Below, one piece after another: positions 58,729 through 64,000 of a DNA stretch of 64,000 nt. A program made the position numbers and the translations under genes. A model generated the notes under the pieces. The model had not been told where the DNA came from. It did not search any database and was given only the letters and a program-made list of their open reading frames with translations. Within the stretch, counting starts at the first letter, position 1. Every line of letters begins with the position of its first letter. Source of the DNA: Candidatus Latescibacterota bacterium (GTDB taxonomy: Bacteria > Latescibacterota > UBA2968 > UBA8231). The stretch spans positions 1,856,001 to 1,920,000 of the forward strand of contig OZ242318.1 of NCBI GenBank assembly GCA_965208105.1. The letters are read 5' to 3'.

Positions 58729-59784
58729 ATGCTGATCGTCGATTCCCACCTGGACATCGCCTACAACGCCCTCGAATGGGACCGGGACCTGTTCCAGCCC
58801 ATCGCCGGGATACGCGAGGCCGAGGCCGGGATGGGGCAGAAGGGCCGCGGCCTGGGTGTGGTGAATTTCTCCGAGCTGCGGCGCGGCGGCATCGGCCTCT
58901 TCTTCGCCACGGTGAACTGCCGGCTCGCCTCGATGGGAAAGCGCTTTTCCGGGGTGCGCACCCAGGACATCGCCTACGCCAGGTGCATGGGCGAGTTGGC
59001 CTACTACCGCCTGATGGAGGCCAAGGGGGTCATGCGCCAGATCCGCGGTCGGACCGAGCTCGACGCCCATCTTTCCGAGTGGGACGACGACCCCCAGGCG
59101 ACCCCGCTGGGGTTCGTCCTCAGCATGGAAGGTGCGGACGGCATCGTGGGGCCCGAACAGGTGGGCGAGTGGTGGAACGAGGGCCTGCGCATCGTGAGTC
59201 TGTGCCACTACGGGGTCAGCTCCTACTCCCACGGCACCCAGGCTCCCGGCGGCCTGACCGCCAGGGGCGGCCCCCTGCTCGAATCCCTGGAGGCGGCCGG
59301 GGCGATCCTCGACGTGAGCCACCTGGCCGAGCAGGCTTTCTGGGAGGCGCTGGAGATCTTCGGCGGTCCCGTGCTGGCCACGCACAACTGCTGCCGGGCC
59401 CTGTGCGACCACGACCGCCAGCTCGACGACCGGCAGATCAGGGCCCTGGCCCGGCGCGGCGGCGTCATCGGCACGGCCATGGACATCTGGATGGTCTCCC
59501 CCCTGTGGGACCCGGCCGCCATGGACAACACCGGCATCACCCTGGAGACCGTGGTGGACCACATGGACCATGTCTGCCAGTTGACCGGGAGCTCCCGCCA
59601 CGCCGCCATCGGCACCGACCTCGACGGCGGCTACGGCAAGGAGCAGAGCCCCTCCGATCTCGAAACCATCGCCGACCTGCGCAAAATTCCCGCCATCCTC
59701 GAGCGCCGCGGCTACTCGCAGGCCGACGTCGCCGCCATCATGCACGGCAACTGGGTCCGGCTGCTGCGGGCGGCGTGGGAATGA
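58729..59784 (+). CDS. Membrane dipeptidase (peptidase M19)
   Basis: IVDSHLD, SMEGAD, LDVSHL, ATHNCCR, RQLDD.QI, IGTDLDGG, GNW.R. Confidence 0.92.
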   Translation: MLIVDSHLDIAYNALEWDRDLFQPIAGIREAEAGMGQKGRGLGVVNFSELRRGGIGLFFATVNCRLASMGKRFSGVRTQDIAYARCMGELAYYRLMEAKGVMRQIRGRTELDAHLSEWDDDPQATPLGFVLSMEGADGIVGPEQVGEWWNEGLRIVSLCHYGVSSYSHGTQAPGGLTARGGPLLESLEAAGAILDVSHLAEQAFWEALEIFGGPVLATHNCCRALCDHDRQLDDRQIRALARRGGVIGTAMDIWMVSPLWDPAAMDNTGITLETVVDHMDHVCQLTGSSRHAAIGTDLDGGYGKEQSPSDLETIADLRKIPAILERRGYSQADVAAIMHGNWVRLLRAAWE

Positions 59785-59839
59785 CCTCGTCCTGCAGGTC
59801 CCTTAATCTTCCACACCATTCCCGATCGGATGAACCACG

Positions 59840-61333
59840 ATGAATCCAGCACGCCCACGCGAAGGCGAGCCAGGTTTCCGCGTCCCGCCCGGCCAGCGCC
59901 AGCTCTTCCTCGACGGCACCGGCGTTGCCGGGATCGAGAACCTGGCGCGCAGCATGCACCGGCCGGCCAAGAGGGGGGCGGTCATCCGGCCCGATCCGGG
60001 CCTGGGCATCCCCAGCATTCAGATCCGCATGACCCCGATCTGGTGTCCCGAAAAGGAGGTCTGGCAGATATGGGACTGCGCCGGAGAACCGGTTGAGCTG
60101 GAGGGCAGCGGCTGCGGATTCAGCGCCTACTACGAGAGCGAGGACGGCCTCCACTGGTCCAAGCCCGATGTGGGACTGATCGAGTACCGCGGCTCGAGGG
60201 CCAACAATTTCGTGCCCGTCAAAATGGGGGGAAAATACCACCGGGCGGAATGCATCGTGCGCGACCCGCACGATCCCGATCCCTCCCGCCGCTACAAGAC
60301 GGTTACGCCCAATGTCTTCGACGTGAGCGGGGGCGGCACCGCCGCCTCAGCCGACGGCATCCACTGGATAGAAATCAGCCATCCGGGGATTTCCTCCTCG
60401 GATGAATGGAACCTGACCCTCGACGAAACGGAACACCTGTTCCTGCACTACATAAAGCGGCGCGGCAGCCACGGCCGCGCGGTCTGGCTGACCACCAGCA
60501 GGGATTTCAGGGATTGGAGCGAACCGGAGCTGATCTTCGAAGCCGACGACCTGGACCAGGCCCTCGGCGCCCGGCGCATCGAGACGCGGTTGGCGGACCC
60601 GACCCGCCAACCCCTCCTCGGCGACGATCCCACGGTCTACAACGTGGACGTCTACCACATGTGCCCCTTCCGCTACGAGTCGGTCTATCTCGGATTGCCG
60701 GCCATGTACCACGCGGTATGCCCCGCCTACAAGAACGTGAACACCGACGGCTTCCACGTCGTCGAGCTGGCCTGCAGCCGGGATCTGAAGAGCTGGACCC
60801 GCCTGGGCTCCCGGGAGGCCTTCATCGAGCCGTCGCGGCTCGGATGCGGAGCATACGACCTGACCCAGATCATGAGTCCTGCCGGGGCGGTGGTTCGCGG
60901 CGACGAGCTGTGGTTCTACTACAGCGGCCTGAAGTACCGCGGCTTGATGGGGCTTCCCGCTGAGGAGCGGCTCCAGCTCGACCCGGACGCCAGCGCTATC
61001 TGCCTGGCGGTGTTGCGGCGGGATGGGTTCATCTCCCTCGACGCGGACCGGGACGGTGGGTCCGTTCTCACCGAGGGGTTCGACCTCGCAGCGCCGCGGT
61101 TGTTCGTCAACGTGGATGCGCGCGGGGGTGAATGCCGCGTCGAAGCCCTGGACGCCGAGGGCAACCGGGCGGCCAGGTCGGCCCCCATAAGGGAGGATCT
61201 GCCAAGCTGCGAAGTGGAATGGGAGCAGGGCGGCGTGGCGCAGCTGCGGGACAAGCAGGTATCCCTGCGGTTCACCATGCACGACGCCAGGCTCTACTCC
61301 TACTGGCTGCAGGCTGACTCCGGCCAGGAATGA
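59840..61333 (+). CDS. Hypothetical five-bladed beta-propeller (GH32/GH43 clan-like)
   Basis: RQLFLD, YYESEDGLHWSKP, DPSRRYK, SADGIHW, LACSRD, ELWFYYSG, LRRDGF.SL, ARLYSYW. Confidence 0.7.
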   Translation: MNPARPREGEPGFRVPPGQRQLFLDGTGVAGIENLARSMHRPAKRGAVIRPDPGLGIPSIQIRMTPIWCPEKEVWQIWDCAGEPVELEGSGCGFSAYYESEDGLHWSKPDVGLIEYRGSRANNFVPVKMGGKYHRAECIVRDPHDPDPSRRYKTVTPNVFDVSGGGTAASADGIHWIEISHPGISSSDEWNLTLDETEHLFLHYIKRRGSHGRAVWLTTSRDFRDWSEPELIFEADDLDQALGARRIETRLADPTRQPLLGDDPTVYNVDVYHMCPFRYESVYLGLPAMYHAVCPAYKNVNTDGFHVVELACSRDLKSWTRLGSREAFIEPSRLGCGAYDLTQIMSPAGAVVRGDELWFYYSGLKYRGLMGLPAEERLQLDPDASAICLAVLRRDGFISLDADRDGGSVLTEGFDLAAPRLFVNVDARGGECRVEALDAEGNRAARSAPIREDLPSCEVEWEQGGVAQLRDKQVSLRFTMHDARLYSYWLQADSGQE

Positions 61334-61506
61334 GTCCGCCATTCCGATCGTTCACAAATTCCCCCTTGCCCGCGGGGACTCCGCCGCCACCCCTCCATTG
61401 GTTTACGACCTCGACCTTCCTCCGGGGAAATCCGCCGCCACCCCACCCTTCGCCCCGCACCCTCTCGCAGCCCCCACCCCAGGACAGGCCGCCGGCATCA
61501 GCCTGA

Positions 61507-63696
61507 TCATCCCTCCCCGCGCGCGGCCTTGACCTCCCTCCGGCGCGCGTGCAGCACCGTCTCGGTATAGCCGTTGGGCTCTTCTCTGCCCCTGAAGACC
61601 AGGTCCAGGGCGGCCTGGAACTCGATGCTTGCGGCGAAATCGGGGGCCATGGGACGATAGGCCGGATCGCCGCGGTTCTGGCGGTCGACCACCGCGGCCA
61701 TGCGTTCGAAGGTCGACCGCAGCTGCCCCTCGGTGACGATCCCGTAATGGAGCCAGTTGGCCATGTGCTGGCTTGAAATGCGCAGCGTCGCCCGGTCCTC
61801 CATCAACCCCACGTCGCGGATGTCGGCGACCTTGGAGCAGCCCACCCCCTGGCCGACCCAGCGCACCACGTACCCCAGAATCCCCTGCGCGTTGTTGTCC
61901 AACTCCTCCTGTATGTCCTCCGCCGTCAGCTCCCGGTCCAGAAGGGGCGGAGTGAGAATGTCCTCCAGGCTTGCCCGCCCCCTGCCGGCCAGCTCGGTCT
62001 GGCGCCCGGCCACGTTCACCTGGTGGTAGTGCATGGCGTGGAGGGTCGCCGCCGTCGGCGAAGGCACCCAGGCCGTATTGGCGCCGGACTGGGGATGGCT
62101 CATCTTGGTATCCATCATCTCGCGCATATTGTCGGGCATGGTCCACATACCCTTGCCGATCTGGGCCTTTCCCGCAAGCCCGGTCTCCAGGCCCACGTCC
62201 ACGTTCCAGTCCTCGTAGGCGTTGATCCACGGCTGTCCCTTGATCTCCATCTTCGGCAGCACGGGGCCCAGCTCCATGCTGGTGTGAATCTCGTCCCCGG
62301 TGCGATCGAGGAATCCCGTGTTGATGAAGACGACGCGCCGGGCGGCGGCGCGGATGGCTTCTTTCAGGTTGACGGTGGTGCGCCGCTCTTCGTCCATGAT
62401 ACCGATCTTGAGGGTGTTGCGCTCGAGCCCCAGGGCATCCTCCACCCTCTCGAACAACTCCACGGTCGCCGCCACCTCCGCCGGTCCGTGCAGCTTGGGC
62501 TTGACGATATAGACGCTTCCCGCGTCGCTGTTGGTGAACCTACCCTTCCCCCCGAGGTCGTGCCTGGCGGCCAGCGCGGTGACCATGGCGTCGAGAAACC
62601 CCTCCGGGATCTCCTCCCCTTCCGCCGTGGTCACCGCGTCGGTGTACATGTGCATGCCCACGTTGCGCACCAGGAGCAGACTTCTGCCCTTCAGGACCAG
62701 GGGCTCTCCGCCGGGGGCGGTGAAGGATCTGTCGCCGTTGAGCCTGCGAGTCAGCGGACGTCCGTTCTTCTCGAAGGTCGCCTCGAGCCCGCCCTGCATG
62801 ATTCCGTTCCAGTTGCGGTAGACTCTCACCTTGTCGGCGGCGTCCACCGCCGAAACCGAATCCTCGCAGTCCTGGATGGTCGTAACGGCGGACTCCAGCA
62901 CCACATCCATGATTCCCGCCGCCTGCTCCCTGCCCACGGGGTGCTCCCGGTCTATCCGAATCTCGACGTGCAGCCCGTTGTTGCGCAGCAGAATGCTCTC
63001 GAGCCCGCCTTCCCCTTCCTTGTAACCGGCGAACTTGGCGCCGTCCGCCAGGCCTGTGCGGGAGCCGTCCTCCAGCTCCGCCTCCAGTTGCCGCGCCCCC
63101 TCGCCCGGCGCCAGGGTGAAACGGGTGACGCGGGCATGGGAGCCGCGCTCGAGAGCGGCTGCCTGGTCGAGGAACTCCAGGCTGCGGGAGATCACCGCGG
63201 CGCCGCGCACCGGGTTGTAGCCTTCCCCCTTCCCCGCGCCGCCTTCACCGGAGATCACGTCCGTGCCGTAGAGCGCGTCGAACAGGCTCCCCCAGCGCGC
63301 GTTGGCGGCGTTGAGAGCGTAGCGGGCGTTGTCCACCGGCACCACGAGCTGTGGTCCCGCCAGCGCGGCGATCTCGGGATCGACGTTGGCCGTGGCCACG
63401 CGGAAGTCCTCCCCTTCGGGCATCAGGTAGCCGATCTCCCCCAGGAAGGCTCCATACTCCTCCGCATCGAGCGGCAGGCCCTTGCGGGAGCGATGCCACG
63501 CGTCGATCTTTGCCTGCATCGCGTCCCGCTCTTGCAGCAAAGCCCGGTTCCCGGGACCCAGGTCCGCGGCGATTCTTCCCAGGGCGGTCCAGAAGGCATC
63601 CGGATCCACCCCGGTGCCGGGGGCGATCTCGTTCTTCACCAGCTCGAACAGCTCCGCGTCCACGCACAACCCGCCGGCCTCGATTCTTTCCCTCAT
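61507..63696 (-). CDS. glcB: Malate synthase G
   Basis: [81 protein letters not shown]. Confidence 0.97.
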   Translation of the reverse strand: MRERIEAGGLCVDAELFELVKNEIAPGTGVDPDAFWTALGRIAADLGPGNRALLQERDAMQAKIDAWHRSRKGLPLDAEEYGAFLGEIGYLMPEGEDFRVATANVDPEIAALAGPQLVVPVDNARYALNAANARWGSLFDALYGTDVISGEGGAGKGEGYNPVRGAAVISRSLEFLDQAAALERGSHARVTRFTLAPGEGARQLEAELEDGSRTGLADGAKFAGYKEGEGGLESILLRNNGLHVEIRIDREHPVGREQAAGIMDVVLESAVTTIQDCEDSVSAVDAADKVRVYRNWNGIMQGGLEATFEKNGRPLTRRLNGDRSFTAPGGEPLVLKGRSLLLVRNVGMHMYTDAVTTAEGEEIPEGFLDAMVTALAARHDLGGKGRFTNSDAGSVYIVKPKLHGPAEVAATVELFERVEDALGLERNTLKIGIMDEERRTTVNLKEAIRAAARRVVFINTGFLDRTGDEIHTSMELGPVLPKMEIKGQPWINAYEDWNVDVGLETGLAGKAQIGKGMWTMPDNMREMMDTKMSHPQSGANTAWVPSPTAATLHAMHYHQVNVAGRQTELAGRGRASLEDILTPPLLDRELTAEDIQEELDNNAQGILGYVVRWVGQGVGCSKVADIRDVGLMEDRATLRISSQHMANWLHYGIVTEGQLRSTFERMAAVVDRQNRGDPAYRPMAPDFAASIEFQAALDLVFRGREEPNGYTETVLHARRREVKAARGEG

Positions 63697-63779
63697 GAAA
63701 GTTCCTTTCGCTCTATCCCGGCGATTCGTCCGCCGCCGGTAAACGGCATGTCATTTCCTCATAGCCCGGGTTTCCCGCG

Positions 63780-64000
63780 CTACTTCCAGTCGATGCGGAA
63801 ATACTTCCTCATGATCTTCAGCGCCACCCACTCCGGCACGAAGCGCCGCAGATGCACCACCAGCCGCGCCTCCTTCCCCACGTTGTAGCGCAGCCGGGGC
63901 GAGCGGCTCTCGACGATCCTGCCCACCACGGCGGCAACGAACCCCGGCCCCGGAGCCCCCTCCAGGTAGTCCCGCATGGACCCCAGGGCCGCCTCCCGCG
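63780..64000 (-). CDS. SDR family oxidoreductase, C-terminal part (starts beyond window)
   Basis: P..VA.VV.RIV.SRSPRLRY.VG.EA tail typical of classical SDRs. Confidence 0.6.
   Translation of the reverse strand, partial: REAALGSMRDYLEGAPGPGFVAAVVGRIVESRSPRLRYNVGKEARLVVHLRRFVPEWVALKIMRKYFRIDWK

Noticed and set aside
61370-61500. C-rich intergenic stretch with duplicated CCGCCGCCACCCC
   Set aside because: Short low-complexity duplication between convergent genes; no further support for function.

Overview
GC-rich bacterial chromosome segment with about 55 CDS and 3 tRNAs (Asp-GTC, Arg-ACG, His-GTG). It contains no rRNA, CRISPR array, transposase or integrase. A SprA/Sov-like giant beta-barrel, a secreted protein ending in 'SWGQVK', and a bamD-nadD-thrC cluster suggest a non-Bacteroidota FCB-type lineage such as Latescibacterota; this is inference only. 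The first ~22 kb is accessory/metabolic: PLP enzyme, SpoIVB-type peptidase, HAD, VOC, SRPBCC, GYD, Tat-exported sulfite-oxidase-family enzyme, a lower-GC ~1 kb islet with two coupled TIR genes, sialate O-acetylesterase, beta-propellers, AmpD-like amidase, ABC-2 exporter, and a YtrA-type GntR with a clear operator. The 22-56 kb region is mostly core: feoAB; a minus-strand run sprA-comEA-pilM-pilN/O-like-coaD-obgE-dprA; lptFG; selA; a 7xLysM amidase; ATP-grasp-like-larE-def; and thrC-nadD-bamD-cpoB-rfaE2. The last 8 kb holds an FGE-domain protein, nitrilase, dipeptidase, a beta-propeller and malate synthase G. The most notable signals are: (1) a ~165-bp TA-flanked palindromic repeat family with covariation and strand-specific G.A/G.T pairing, whose ends provide TAG stop codons; (2) the orphan TIR-TIR islet flanked by a 10-bp direct repeat; (3) SprA linked to competence genes plus a candidate short C-terminal sorting signal; (4) a wHTH-PAS-pseudo-DHp protein paired with a HEAT-like protein; (5) a LarE with a duplicated C-terminal domain next to an unknown ATP-grasp-like ligase.
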